Below are positions 15,901 through 29,800 of a stretch of 64,000 nucleotides of DNA, one piece after another. Both the position numbers and the translations under genes were made by a program. The notes beneath the pieces are model-generated. The model had not been told where the DNA came from and made no database searches. It worked only from the letters and a program-made list of their open reading frames with translations. This stretch comes from the human T2T-CHM13v2.0 reference genome, Homo sapiens, in NCBI RefSeq assembly GCF_009914755.1, contig NC_060926.1. One strand, given 5' to 3'. Position 1 is the first letter of the stretch. The number at the start of each line of letters is the position of its first letter.

Positions 15901-16864
15901 ATTGCAGCCATATTTGCTTAACCCTGTTGCTCTTGCAGACTTTTAGAGTACCAAGGGTAAGATCCAGGAGAACTCCCTGGATTACCAGGTAGAGACTCTT
16001 GTTTTCTTCCCTTACTTTCCCTCAAACAAATGGAGCCTCTTACTCTGTTCTGAAATGCCTGGATCTGGGGGAGAGGTGACATAAGCAAACCTGTGGCCAC
16101 CACTACTTGGACTATGCTGGGTCAAATCTGAAGCCAGCGTACCACTGGGTTTTGCCCAAGAACTCCAGTGACCATTGCCTGGCTACTACCTATGTTCACT
16201 CAAGGCCCAAGGGCTCTACAATCAGTAGGCAGGCAATCTACCCAGGCTTGTGAGCTGGCCCCCAAGCCATGAGACAAAGTCCTTCCCACTCTTGCCTCCC
16301 TTTTCCTCAAGCAGAGGAGTCTCTTCCCGTGGCCACCACCACCCCAGGTTCACAGCAACTATTGCCTGGCTACCACCAATGTTTGCTCAATGACCAAGGG
16401 CTCTGCAGTCATCTTTTGGTGAATGACACAAACCCTGAGTCTCTTACATCAGGGGACTTGGCTCCCCTTTGGCTTAGGGACTGTACAAAAATGCCACCCA
16501 AGAGTCAAGGCCTAGAATTGGAAACCCCAGGAGCTTGCTTGGTCCTCTACTCTACTATGGCCAAGCTGGTATCTAAGATGCAAGACCGAGTCCCCTTTAC
16601 TGTTCTCTCTTCTTTCCTCAAGCATAAGGGGTCTTTCCTTATAGCCACCACAGTTGATAATGTGCTGGATCATACCTGAAGCCAGCAGAACTCTCAGTCT
16701 CACTCAGGGCCCACAGTGTGTACTGCCTGGCTACCTTTGCTGATTGTTCAGGGACAAAGGCAGGTGCTAAATTCATCGGCAGTTGATGAATTCTTCCAGA
16801 ACTCAGTCTTTCCATTCAATATAGCAGGTTTCCTTCTGACTGTGTTTAAAACTGTCCTCTGGGA
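12903..16864 (-). mobile_element. Old L1 (L1M1/L1MA-like): 5' part of ORF2, ORF1 and part of 5'UTR
   Basis: EN remnant AILISDKIDFKTK (13577..13801); ORF1 remnant SPNELN...LSDKEFKIA...EFRILSDKF (15501..15785). Confidence 0.85.
13961..14322 (+). mobile_element. THE1-family (MaLR) solo LTR
   Basis: Starts tgatatggtttggctgtgtcccc, has attaaa signal; 5-bp TSD cttgc at 13956-13960 and 14323-14327. Confidence 0.92.
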
Positions 16865-19453
16865 CTACAAAGAGGAGGTGGTACCATTTCTTCTGAAGCT
16901 ATTCCTAACAACTCAAAAGGAGGGATTCCTCCCTAACTCATTTTATGAGGCCAGCATCATCCTGATACCAAAAACCTGGCAGAAATACAACAAAAAAGGA
17001 AAACTTTAGGCCAGTATCCGTGATTAACATCAATCCAAAAATCCTCAATAAAATACTGGCAAACTGAATCTAGCAGTACATCAAAAAGCTTATCCACCAT
17101 GACCACCAAGTTGGCTTCATCCCTGGAATGCAAAGCTAGTTCAACATATCCAAATTAATAAACATAATTTATCACACAAACAGAAATAAAGGCAAAAACC
17201 ACATGATTATTTTAATAGATGCAGAAAAGGCCAGAGATAAAGTTCAACATCCTTTATGTTAAAAACTCTCAATAAACTAGGTATTAAAAGAACATACCTC
17301 AAAATAATAAGAGCCATTTATTACAAACCCAGAACAAATATCATACAGAATGGGAAAAAGGTGGAAGCATTCCACTTGAAAACTGGCACAAGACAAGAAT
17401 GCTCTCTCTCACCACTCCTATTCAACATAGTATTGGAAGTTCTGGCCAGGGCAATCAGACAAGAGAAAGAAATAAATGGTACTCAAATAGGAAGAGAGAA
17501 AGTTAAATTGTCTCTGTATAGATATAATCCTATATCTAGAAAACTCCATCATCTCAACCCCAAATCTTCTTAACCTGATAAGCAACATTAGCAAAGTCTC
17601 AGGGTACAAAATCAATGTGCAAAAGTCACAAGCATTCCTATACCCCAAAAACAGACAAGCAGAGAGGCAAATTATGAATGACCTCCCATTCACAATTGCT
17701 AGGAAAAGAATAAAATACCTAGGAATACAGCTAACAAGGGAAGTGAAGGACCTCTTCAAGGAGAACTACAAACCCTGCTCAAGGAAATCAGAGAAAACAC
17801 AAACAAATGGAAAAAGTTTCCATGCTTATGGATAGGAAGAATCAATATAATAAAAATGGCCATACTGCCCAAAGTAATTTATAGATTCAGTGCAATTCCT
17901 GTTAAACTACCATTGACATTCTTCACAGAATTAGAAAAAAATCTATTTTAAAATGCATATGAAACCAAAAAATTACCCATATTGCTAAGAGAATCAATAG
18001 CAAAAAGAACAAAGCTAGAGGCATCATGCTACCTGACTTGAAACTATACTACAAGGTTACATAACCAAAGCAGCATGGTACTGGTACACATACAGACACA
18101 TAGACAAATGGAACAGAATACAGAACTCAGAAATAAGGCCACACATCTACAATAATCTGCTCTTTGATGAGCCTGACAAAAACAAGCAGTGGGGAAATAA
18201 TTCCCCATTTCATAAATGGTACTGAGAGAACTGGCTAGCCATAGGCAGAAAATTAAAACTGGACCCCTTCCTTACACCTTATACAAAAATTAATTCAAGA
18301 TGGATTAAAGGCTTAAAGGTAAAAGCAAAAACTATAAAAATCCTAGAAGAAAATCTAGGCAATACCATTTAGGATGTAGGCACAATCAAAGATTTCATGA
18401 TGAAAATGCCAAATGCAATTGCAAGAAAAGCAAAAATTGGCAGATGAGATCTAATTAAACTTAAGAGCTTCTGCACAGAAAACAAAGCTATCATCATAGT
18501 GAACAGACAACCCACAGAATGGGAGAAAATTTTTGCAATCTATCCATCTGACAGAGGTCTAATATCCAGAGTCTACAAGGAACTTAAATTTACAAGAGAA
18601 AATCAACCCCATTAAAAAGTGGGCATAGGAAATGAGCAGACCCTTCTGAAAAGAAGACATACAAGTGGACAACAAACATATGAAAAGCTCAACATCACTA
18701 ATTGTTAGAGAAATGTAGATCAAAACCATAATGAGATACTACCTTATGCCAGTTTGAATGGCGACTATTAAAAAGTCAAGAAGCAATAGATGCTAGCGAG
18801 GCTGTGGAGAAATAGGAATGCTTTTACACTGTTGGTGGGAATGTAAATTAGTTCAACCATTGTAGAAGACAGTGTGGCAATTCCTCAAAGACCTAGAGAC
18901 AGAAATATCATTTGACCCAGCAATCCCATTACTGGGTATATACCCAAAGGAATATAAATCATTCTGTTATAAAGATACATGCACTTGTATGCTCATTGTA
19001 ACACTATTCACAATAGCAAAGACATGGAATCAACCAAAATGCCCATCAATGATAGACTGGATAAAAGAAATGTGGTACATATGAATCATGGAATACTATT
19101 CAGCCATAAAAAGAAATGACATTAGGTTTTTTGAAGGAACATGAATGAAGCTGGAAGCCATTATCCTCAGCAGACTAATGCAGGAGCTAATGCAGGAACC
19201 AAAAACCAAACACTGCTTGTACTCACTTATAAGTGGTAGCTGAACAGTGAGAACACATGGACACAGGGAGGGGAACAATACACAGTGGGGCCTGTTGTGG
19301 GGAGGCAGAGCATCAGGAAAAACAGCTAATGCATGCTGGGCTTAATACCTAGGTGATGGGTTGATAGGAGCAGCAAACCACCATGGCACATGTTTACCTA
19401 TGTAACAAACCTGCACATTCTGCACATATACCCCAGAACTTAAAAAATAAATT
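16865..19453 (+). mobile_element. 5'-truncated L1 (L1PA11-L1PA13-like)
   Basis: Starts mid-ORF2 ([13 protein letters not shown]); 3'UTR 'gcatcaggaaaaacagctaatgcatgctgggcttaatacctagg'; decayed 17-bp TSD aaaactgtcctctggga (16848-16864) / aaaaatgttctcttgga (19454-19470). Confidence 0.92.
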
Positions 19454-20265
19454 AAAAATGTTCTCTTGGAGCTAGGGCCCAGGATGGGGTTGTCAGGATT
19501 CTGCCTTTTGCCTTATTTTACTGTGGCTGAGCTGATATCCAAGTTGGAAGACAAAGTCATTTTTTACTGTCCCTTCTCTTCTTCTGAAACAGAGGAAAGG
19601 AGTCCCTCCCAGAGCTGCAAGCTGTGCTGTTTGAGGTTGGGGAAGGGGTGATGCAAGCACTCCCTTGGCAACCCCAGCTGATGTCTCACTAGGTCATATT
19701 TCCCCCATGTCCATGGGCTCTGAGCCCAGCACAGATCAGGACTTCCCCAGAAGTTGCAGTTTTTGTGGCCTAGACAGCCTTTCATGTTTATTTAGGACCC
19801 TGGAGCCTTTATCTCATGGTCGTGTGGCTTGCAGGAACTCAGGTCTGATGGCTGGAATGGACAATTTGCCTCTGACTAGGGATGACCTAAATGTTCTCTC
19901 CATGGGAACCAGCTGAGTTCTGCCTGTGTTGCTTTCTACTGTGACAGGGCAGCACTGAGTTCCAATGCAAAGTTCCACAACCACTGCATTCTCTCTCCTC
20001 TAAGTGCATAGATTCTCTCTTTGTGCCACAAGACTGCTGCAGAAGGATGGGGGAGTGGTTGTATAGGTGATTCAAGACTGTCCTTTGTACCCTCTTTAGT
20101 GTCTATTTCTTTAATATGTTAAAACCAGGTATTGTGATCTCTAATCTGATTTTTGATTGTGATGAATGTGCTTTTTTGTGTGTAGATAAATGTTCATTTT
20201 GGTGTTCCTGTGCAGAAGATTATTACTAGAGGCTTCTATTCAGCTATTTTGCTCTACCTCCTCTT
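19454..20265 (-). mobile_element. Remainder of the L1M1-like 5'UTR up to the element's 5' end
   Basis: Continues across the TSD from 16864; ends in 'ggcttctattcagctattttgctct', a decayed L1 start (aagatggc-like). Confidence 0.75.
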
Positions 20266-20269
20266 CCAG

Positions 20270-20673
20270 AACAAGGTTTCTTGAGATGGAATCTGTTTCT
20301 GATGAAGATGCTATGAGTATTGTTGAAATGACAACAAAGGATCTAGAATATTACATAAACTTAGTTGATAAAATGGCAGCAATATTTGAGAGGAGTGACT
20401 TCAATTTTGAAAGAAGATCTAGTGTGGGTAAAATGCTACTAAAAAGCATCACATACCCTCAGATGGTCGTTAACAATTTTTTTTCAATAAAGTATTCTTG
20501 AAGATATGTACTTATTTTAGACACAACACTATTGCACACTTAATAAACTGTAGTGTAAATGTAGCTTTTATATTCAGTGGGAAACCAAAAAATTTGTGTG
20601 ACTTGTTCCATTGTATATTCACTTTATGGTTGTAGTCCGTTACCAAGCCCACAATATTTCCAAGGTATGTTTG
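20270..20673 (+). mobile_element. Tigger1 DNA transposon 3' fragment
   Basis: FLEMESVSDEDAMSIVEMTTKDLEYYINLVDK matches the Tigger1 transposase C-terminus; decayed TIR 'caatatttccaaggtatgtttg' followed by TA. Confidence 0.88.
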
Positions 20674-20900
20674 TATATAAAATAGTGAAATACATGGCTT
20701 TGACATGATTGCCTAATACCTATTGGATAACAAAGGAACATAAATGCTTTAGTAAGATGTATCTGAAATTCTCAACTGGAATATTTATTCGTAGTATTTG
20801 ACAACGTTAGAGAAAACGTGCTTCCCTATTGTATCAACTATGTTATTTCATTGAACCTTACAACTCTAAATGTAAATTCGTGTTGGAGTGAAAGGGTTTT

Positions 20901-23900
20901 TGTATTAGTTCATTTTCACACTGCTATAAGGATACTGCCTGAGACTGGGTAATTTAAAAAGAAAAAAAGGTTTAATTGACTCACAGTTTTACATGGCTGA
21001 AGAGGCCTCAGAAAACTTACAATCACAGTGGAAGGCAAAGGAGAAGCAAGTACCTTCTTCACAAGGTGGCAGGAGAGAGAGAGAGCTCGAGTGCAGGGGG
21101 AAAAGTGCCAATTTTAAGCCATCAGATCTCATGAGAACTCACTCACTATCATGAGAACATCATGGGGAAAACTGCCCCCATGATCCAATCACATTGAACT
21201 AGGTCCCTCCCTTGACACGTGGGGATTATGGGGATTACAATTGGAGATGAGATTTGGGTGGGGACACAGAGCCAAAGCATATCATTCACTGGTGGTCCCT
21301 CCCAAATCTCACATCATTTTTATGTTTCAAAACCAATTATGCCTTCCCAACAGTCCCCCACGTCTTAACTCATTCCAGCATTACCCCAAAAGTCCAAGTC
21401 CAAAGTCTCATCTAAGACAAGGCAAGTCCCTCTGCCTATAAGCCTGTAAAATCACATGCAAGTCAGTTACTTCCAAGATACAATGGGAGTGTGGGCATTG
21501 GGTAAGTGTTCCCATTCCAAATGGGAGAAATTGGCCAAAACAAAGGGGCCACAGGCCCCATGCAAGTTTGAAACCCAGTGGGGCAGTCATTAAATATTAA
21601 ATCTTCAAAATCTGCTTTGACTCTGTGTGTCACATCCAGATTGCACTGGTTTAAGAGGTGGGCTCCCTTGACCTTGGGGAGCTTTGCACCTGTGGCTCTG
21701 TAAGGTACAGCCCCTGAAGCTGCTTTCACAGGCTGGTGGGTGTTGACTGACTGTGGCTTTTCCAGGGGACTCTGGAAAAGAGCAGGGACTCTGTGTGGGG
21801 GCTCCACCCCACATTTTCTCTCTGCATTGCCCTAGTAGAGGTTTTCTATAAGGGCTTGACCCCTGCAGCAGACTTCTTCCTGGACATACAGGTGTTTCCA
21901 TACATCCTCTGAAATCTAGGTGGAGGTTTCCAAAGCTCAACTCTTGTCTTCTGTGTACCTGCAGGCCCAACACCACCTGGAAGCCACCAAGGATTGGGGC
22001 TTGCACCCTCTAAAGCAATAGCCCAAGCTGTATCTTGGCCCCTTTTAGCCATGGCTAGAGCTGGAGTGGCAGGAACCCAAGGCACCAAGTCCTGAGGCTG
22101 CACAGAGCAGTGGGGCCATGCTCCAGATACATTCAACAATTTTTCCCTCCTAGGTCTCTGGACTTGTGATGGGAGAGGATACTGTGAAGATCTCTGATAT
22201 GCCCTGGAGGCATTTTCCCCATTGCCTTGGCTATTAACATTCAACTCCTTATTACTTGTGAAATTTCTGCAGCAGGCTTGAATTTCTCCTCAGAAAATGG
22301 GTTTTTCTTTTGTATTGCATCATCAGGCTGCAAATTTTCCAAGCTTTTAGACTTGCCTCTTTTTAAAACAAGAGTTCCAACTTCAGATAACCTCTCACTA
22401 GAACAGCATGTGGGAAAACACCCCAATGATTTAATTATCTCCACCTGGTCCCATCCTTGACATGTGGGGATTATTACAATTCAAGGTGAGATTTGGGTAG
22501 GGACACAGAGCCAAACCATCCACTGCTGGCCCTTCCCAAACCTCTTGTTCTCACATCAAAACATAATCATTCCCTTCCAACAGTCCCCAAAAGTCTTAAC
22601 TCATTCCAGCATTACCCAAAAATCCAAGTCCAAAGTGTCATCTGAGACAAAGCAAGTTCCTTTTAGTTATAAGCCAGTAAAATCAAAAGCAAATTAGTTA
22701 CTTCCTAGATACAATGGTGGGGGGTGGCACAGGCATTGAGTAAATACACCTCTTCCAAATGGGAGATATTGGCCAAATCAAAGGGGCTACAGGCCTCATG
22801 CATGTCAGATATCCATTAAGGCAGTCATTAAACCTTAAAATTCCAAAATGATCACCTGTGACTCCATGTCTCACATCCAGGCCACACTGATGCAACAGGT
22901 GAGCTCCCATGGCCTTGGAAAGCTCTGCCCCTGTGGCTTTGCAGGGTACAGCCCCCTTCCTGACTGCTTTCATGTGGGGCTGGCATTGAGTGCCTGAGGC
23001 CTTTCCAGGCACATGATGCAAGCTGTCAGTGGATCTACTATGCTGGGGTCTGGAGGAAAGTGGCCCTCTTTTTACAGTTCCACTAGAAAATGACCCAGTG
23101 GGGACCTGTATGGTGGCTCCAACCTCACATTTCATTTCTGCATTGCCCTGGTACAGGTTCTCTATGAGGGCTCCACCTCTGCAGCAGACTTCTGCCTGCA
23201 TGTTCAGGTGTTTCCATACATCCTCTGAAATCTAGGTGGAAGTTCTCAAAGCTCAACTCTTGTCTTCTGTGCACCTGCAGGCCCAACAACACCTGGAAGC
23301 CACCAAGGCTTGGGGCTTGCACCCTTTGAAGCAATGGCTCAACCTGTATCCTGGCCCCTTTCAGCCATCACCTGAGCTGGAGTGGCTGGAACCCAAGGCA
23401 CCAGTCCTGAGGCTGCACAGAGCAGCAGGACCGTAAGCTAGACACATGGAATCATTTATTCCTCCTAGGTCTCTGGACCTGTGATGGGAGGGACTGCCTT
23501 GAAGATCTCTGACATGCCATGAAGACATTATCTCCATTGTCTTGGAAATTTAACATTTGGCTCTTTGTTACTTATGCAAATTTCTACAGCTGGCTTGAAT
23601 TTCTTTCCAGAAAATGGGTTTTTCTTTTCTACCTTGTGGTCAGGCTGCCAATTTTTAAAACTTTTTATGTTCTACTTTTTTAAAAAAAATAAAAGTTTCA
23701 CTTTCAGATAATCTCTTTAGGAATGCATATGACTAAACACTTTCAGAATCAGCCAGGTAACCTCTTGAATGCTTTGCTGCTTAGAAATTTCTTCCTCCAG
23801 ATACCCTAAATCATCTCTCTCAGATTCAAAGACAGATCTCTAGAGCAGAGGTGAAATGCCACCAGTCTCTTTGCTAAAGCATAGCATGAGTGACCTTTAC

Positions 23901-24512
23901 TCCAGTTCCCAATAAATTCCTCATCTTCATCTGAGACCCCCTTAATCTGGACTTCATTGTCCATATAATTATCAACACTTTGGTCAAAACCATTCAACAA
24001 GTCTCTAGGAAAATCCAAACTTTCCCACATTTTCCTGTCTACTTCTGAGCCCTCCAATCTGTTTCAACCTCTGCTTGTTACCGTTTCCAAAGTTGCTTCC
24101 ACATTTTCAGGTTATCTTTGTAATAGTACCCTACTCTGCCGGTACCAATTCTCTGTATTAGTTCGTTTTCACACTGCTATTAAGATACTACCTGAGACTG
24201 GGTAATTTATAAACAAAAGGAGTTTAATTGACACACTTCTTCATGGCTCAGGGGGCCTGAGGAAACTTAAAATCATGGTTGAAGGTGAAGGAGAAACAAG
24301 TACTTTCTTTACAAGGTGGCAGGAAAGAGAGAGAGGGAAGGGGGATGTGCCACCTTTAAACCATCAGATCTCTTGAGAACTCACTATCATAAGAACAGTA
24401 TGGGGGAAACTCCCCATAATCCAATCACCTATCACGAAGTCACTCCCTTGACACATTGGGGATTACAATTCAAGATGAGATTTGGGTAGGGACACAGAGC
24501 CAAACCATATCA
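20901..24512 (-). mobile_element. THE1 (MaLR) element with two full LTRs and a duplicated internal region
   Basis: LTRs at 20901-21284 and 24154-24512; internal copies ~21285-22395 and ~22521-24153; partial LTR ~22396-22520; MaLR ORF remnants (MWESLDFPRDLLNGFDQ). Confidence 0.92.
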
Positions 24513-24894
24513 GTTCCTTATAAAAAGACTTAATCTAGTTAAACTGCAATGTGTGTCTCTGGAGAAGAACCTTATTTATGAATAAGATGGTTTCAAAAGA
24601 TCCATTTTCTAAGATATAGAATTTAGTTTGGGACCAATTCCAACTCCTGATGCAGGTAAACTGTAGTAATCTGCAGACCTTCTTTCACTGGGTTTCCAAA
24701 TAAATGTTCCAACATGCAATACACTTTCTGAGCATCTACTCTGTGTCAGACATTTTAGGTACTAAAGAGTTCATGGTGGGCAAGACAAAACTTCTGCTAC
24801 ATGTGTGAGCAGTCTAATGCTAGACACTAGACTGAGTTCTGTTAATGCACTAGCTCATTTAATTTAAGGATCAATTATTTGTCTTCGATGTCTG

Positions 24895-24995
24895 TTAGAG
24901 TTTTAGTAACTTGTCTTAAGATTCTGCAACCTGCAAGTGATAGAGGTCAGATTAAACATAGGCAGTTTGACTTCAGTGCCCAGACGCGCACCTCC
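24895..24995. mobile_element. MIR fragment
   Basis: 'agtaacttgtcttaag...gcaagtgatagaggtcagatt...ggcagtttgacttcag' resembles the MIR core. Confidence 0.5.
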
Positions 24996-25077
24996 TATAT
25001 GTAGTGTCTATCTCTTAGTCAAAGCTTCTTTTGCTTTGGCTCCAAATGCAGTTTAAGCTGTAAAAACATACATTTGT

Positions 25078-25368
25078 GGCCAGACATAGTGACTCATGCC
25101 TGTAGTCTCAGCACTATGTGAGGCCGAGGTGGGCAGATTGCTTGAGCCCAGGAGTTTGAGACCAGCGTGAGAAATCCTGTCTCTATAAGAAATACAGAAA
25201 TTAGCCAGGCAAGATGGCACACCCCTTGTAGACTGAGCTACTTGAGAGACTGAGGTGGGAGGATCACTTGAACTTGGGAGGTCGAGGCTGCAATGAACTG
25301 AGATGGTGCCACTGCACTCAGCCTAGGTGACAGGGTGAGACCCTGTCTCAATAAAAAACAAAAACAAT
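25078..25368 (+). mobile_element. AluJ
   Basis: Dimeric Alu with J-type 'ggatcacttg...gaggtcgaggctgca'; approximate TSD aacatacatt(t)gt on both sides. Confidence 0.9.
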
Positions 25369-25394
25369 AACATACATTGTGATTGTTAAAAAGT

Positions 25395-27790
25395 AGCACA
25401 TCAAAAAGCTTATCTACCACAATCAAGTCAGCTTCATCCCTGGATGCAAGGCTGGTTCAACATATGCAACTCATAAAACGTAATCCATCACATAAACAGA
25501 ACCAATGAAAAAAACCACATAATTATCTCAATAGATGTAGAAAAGGCCTTCAATAAAATTCAACACCCCTTCATGCCAAAAACTCTCTCAATAAACTAGG
25601 TATTGATGGAACATATCTCAAAATAGTAAGAGCTATTTATGACAAACCCACAGCAAATATCATACTGAATGGGCAAAAGCTGGAAGAATTCCCTTTGAAA
25701 ACCAACACAAGACAAAGATGCCCTCTCTCAACACTCCTATTCAGCATAATATTGGAAGTTCTGGCTAGGGCAATCAGACAAGAGAAGGAAATAAAGGGTA
25801 TTCAAACAGGAAGAGAGGGAGCCAAATTGTCTCTGTTTGCAGATGACATGACTGTATATTTAGAAAACCCCATCATCACAGCCTCAAATCTCCTTAAGCT
25901 GATAAGCAACTTCAGCAAAGTTTCAGGATACAAAATCAATGTGCAAAAATCACAAGCATTCCTATACACCAATAATAGGCAGAGAACCAAATCATGAGTG
26001 AACTCACATTCACAATTGCTACAAAGAGAATAAAATACGTAGGAATGCAACTTATAAGGGATGAGAAGGACCTCTTCAAGGAGAACTACAAACCACTGCT
26101 CAAGGAAATAGGAGACAACACAAACAAATGGAAAAACATTCTATGCTCATGGATAGGAAGAATCAATATCGTGAAAATGGCCATACTGCCCAAAGTAATT
26201 TATAGATTCAATGCTATCCCCATCAAGCTACCATTGACTTTCTTCACAGAATTAGAAAACACTACTTTAAATTTCATATGGAACCAAAAAAGAGTCTGTA
26301 TAGCCAAGACAATCCTAAGCAAAAAGAACAAAGCTGGAGGCATTATGCTACCTGTCTTCAAACTATACTACAAGGCTACAGTAACCAAAACAGAATGGTA
26401 CTGTTACCAAAACAGATACATAGACCAATGGAACAGAACAGAGGCCTCAGAAATTGCATCAAACATCTACAACCATCTGATCTTTGGCAAACATGATAAA
26501 AACAAGTAATGGGAAAATGATTCCCTATTTAATAAATGGTGCTGGGAAAACTGGCTAGCCATATGCAGAAAATTGAAACCGGACCCCTTTTCTACACCTT
26601 ATACAAAAATTAAGATGGATTAAAGACTTAAACATAAGACCTAAAACCATAAAAACCCTAGAAGAAAACCTAGGCAATACCATTCAGGACATAGGTATGG
26701 GCAAGGACTTCATGACTAAAACACTAAAAGCAACGGCAACAGAAGCCAAAATAGACAAATGGGATCTAATTAAACTAAAATGCTTCTGCACAGCAAAAGA
26801 AACAATCATCAGAGTGAACAGGCAACCTACAGAATGGGAGAAAATTTTTGCAGTCTATCCAACTGACAAAGGGATAGTATCCAGAAGACAAAGAACTTAA
26901 ACAAATTTACAAGAAAAAAAAAAACAACCCTATCAAAAAGTGGGTAAAGGATATGAACAGACACTTCTCAAAAGAAGACATTTATATGGCCAACAAACAT
27001 ATGAAAAAAAAGCTCATCATCACTGGTCATTAGGAGAAATGCAAATCAAAACCACAATGATATACCATCTCACACCAGTTAGAATGGAGGTCATTAAAAA
27101 GTCAGGAAACAACAGATGCTGGAGAGGATGTGCAGAAATAGGAAAGCTTTTACACTGTGGGTGGGAGTGTAAATTATTAGTTCAACCATTGTGGAAGAGA
27201 ATGTGGCAATTTCTCAAGGATCTAGAACCAGAAATACCATTTGACCCCACAAGCCCATTACTGGGTATATACCTAAAGGATTATAAATCATTCTGCTCTA
27301 AAGACACATGCACAGGTACGTATATTGCAGCACTATTCACAATCGCAAAGACTTGGAATCAACCCAGATGCCCATCAATGATAGACTGGATAAAGAAAAT
27401 GTGGCACATATACACCATGGAATACTATGCATCCATAAAAAGGGATGAGTTCATGTCCTTTGTAGGGACATGGATGAAGCTGCAATCCATGAATCTGTTC
27501 CTGTGTCAGTTTGCTGAGCATTCTCAGGAACAGAAAACCAAACACTGCATATTCTCACTCATAAAGGAGTTGAACAATGAGAACACATGGACACAGGGAG
27601 GGGAACAATACACACCGGGGCCTGTCAGGGGGTGAGGGGCTAGGGAGGGATAGCATTAGTAGAAATACCTAATGTAGATGATGGGTTGATGGGTGCAGCA
27701 AACCACCATGTCATGTGTATACCTATGTAACAAACCTGCACGTTCTGCACATGTATCACAGAACTTAAAGTATAATTTTTTTAAAAAAAT
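25395..27790 (+). mobile_element. 5'-truncated L1 (L1PA7-like)
   Basis: RT region (LSLFADDM) to 3'UTR 'gggatagcattag...cctaatgtagatgatgggttgatgggtgcagc'. Confidence 0.92.
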
Positions 27791-28547
27791 GAACCACTGC
27801 AAAATGTAAAAGAAAAGAGGAATTAGGTTATATGAGGTGAAAGTAACCTATCTGCAGGCTAGTAGGCAAAAACTATGGTATTGAGTGCTGCTTCTTCCTA
27901 CTTTGTCTAGAATCATCTTTATGGCTTTAATTAACCTGTCTTTAGAATAATGCTTCTTACCCGGTACTTATAACTTGACAAGATTACAGAGAATGGCCAT
28001 TAATAATGGCTGGATTTGTTATCAGTTGAAATTGCCATTTATAGAAGGTGATATAATTGGTGGCCGTATATATTATAATTAATTGTGATAATTATGTCTG
28101 AAGAGTCATGATTTGTGAAGAAATATTTATATAGTGTTCAAGATAAACTTTGGGAATTAAAATGGCCTGACTCATGAAGGAATCACATGGAGGATTATAT
28201 TAAGCTACTGCTGATTTTCAGTGAGTGTCACAGGAGGGTGAATTTTTCATTTAGTTGTCTCCACTGGAGAACAATCAAATGTCATATCTGTTGGCCAAAT
28301 AATAGTCTATATGTGTAATTCTATATATTTTTCAGTTCCTTAACTTTGTAAAATATTTGAAACTAAAATTGATCCTTATTGTATTTCTAATTAGTTGCTG
28401 AAATAAATGTCAGAAATATTTTCCTTTTTAGCACAATTTATTTTTGATTGTTTATCATGGCAAGCATTCCAGGGAGACTCCTTAGGAATGTTCAGCAGAG
28501 GTGTCTCTGGTAATTGACTTAAATGTTGTTCAAATAATTTATAGCTT

Positions 28548-28718
<171 letters not shown>

Positions 28719-29800
28719 TTATAGCTTTCCATCACTGCCTGCCTGCCGTTATTGGAGACTTGGCCTGCCAGGTGTTTATGTCAGTCTGTAAGGAACCGTA
28801 CTGGGTCAGGGCCTATGTGGTTGTGGTAGTGAAAATCTAGAAATAGGTACCACCCTTCCTTTGTCCTTCTTGCTGTCTTGCACCACAACATTTTCTAGTA
28901 GCCAACTCCATTTTGCTTCGAACAGGCAGAATGGAACAGAGTGAGTAACTACAAAGGAGAAGGAGATACTTGTAGGAGATACTGCAGAGAACTGCAGAAT
29001 AAAAGAGGAATATGGCTGAAAAGAGTCCCAGGCTGGGACCTCAGTACCTGAAGGCAGTTGACACTGCTGTATATGCTGACTTCTCTATATCTTGGAACTG
29101 TGAATACAAAATGACTCTTGGGTGAGTCAAAATTTCTGTATATAGCAGACTCTGCATTTGGAGTCTCTCCTTCTGTCAAAAGCTCCTGGTCTTCTATGTG
29201 GAAATGCATTCTTTTCTCTACTTTCCTTATTCTTTTATTTGAAGTCACGTTTTTAAATACTAATAGATCACCTACTTCCAGTTGTTTTCAATCTCTTAAC
29301 TGACTTCCACATCTTGTTGCCTTCAGGGCAATTCATTTTGTAGAAGTAGGGTTCTTCTACAAAATGATGAAGATTGTCTCACAAATGTGGCCTACCTTTC
29401 TTTACACAGACTGTGGGTGCTACACTGTGGTCAGTTAGGCTTAGCATATTATGCTCTTCTTTCTATTATTTCTCATTTGATAAATTTTAATTTTTCAACT
29501 GCAAATAAGTCCTTTTGTCTTTTAAAAAATTGTAATATGTGAATACCTGTTAGATGTGAACAAGTCAAATAAAACAATATTTAAAAATTAACCTTTCCCT
29601 GTACTGCCCCACTTCCACAACCTCGATTCCTCAAAAATAACCCCTGTTAATAGTTTGGTGTATATTATTCAGATTTTTGTAATATAGAAACACACATTTA
29701 GTTTAGTGAGTTTTTTTAAATTTTCATAAATAATAACATAGTCAACTGTTTTCTCCAGCTCTTTAATTTTAACAATATGTTTTAGAGATTACTTTATGTC

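Noticed and set aside
16520-19590. Similar ~80-bp segments at ~16530 and ~19500 as a large target duplication
   Set aside because: They look like diverged internal repeats of the L1M1 5'UTR; the true TSD is the 17-mer at 16848 and 19454.
20190-20501. 103-aa ORF as a domesticated transposase (TIGD1-like gene)
   Set aside because: Chance fusion of L1 5'UTR sequence to a short Tigger1 C-terminal fragment; lacks the DNA-binding and DDE domains.
21408-24057. Cluster of ORFs on both strands
   Set aside because: Fragments of the known decayed MaLR internal ORF and its shadow frames.
26940-27635. 231-aa ORF
   Set aside because: Frameshifted L1 ORF2 C-terminus running into the 3'UTR; non-ATG start.
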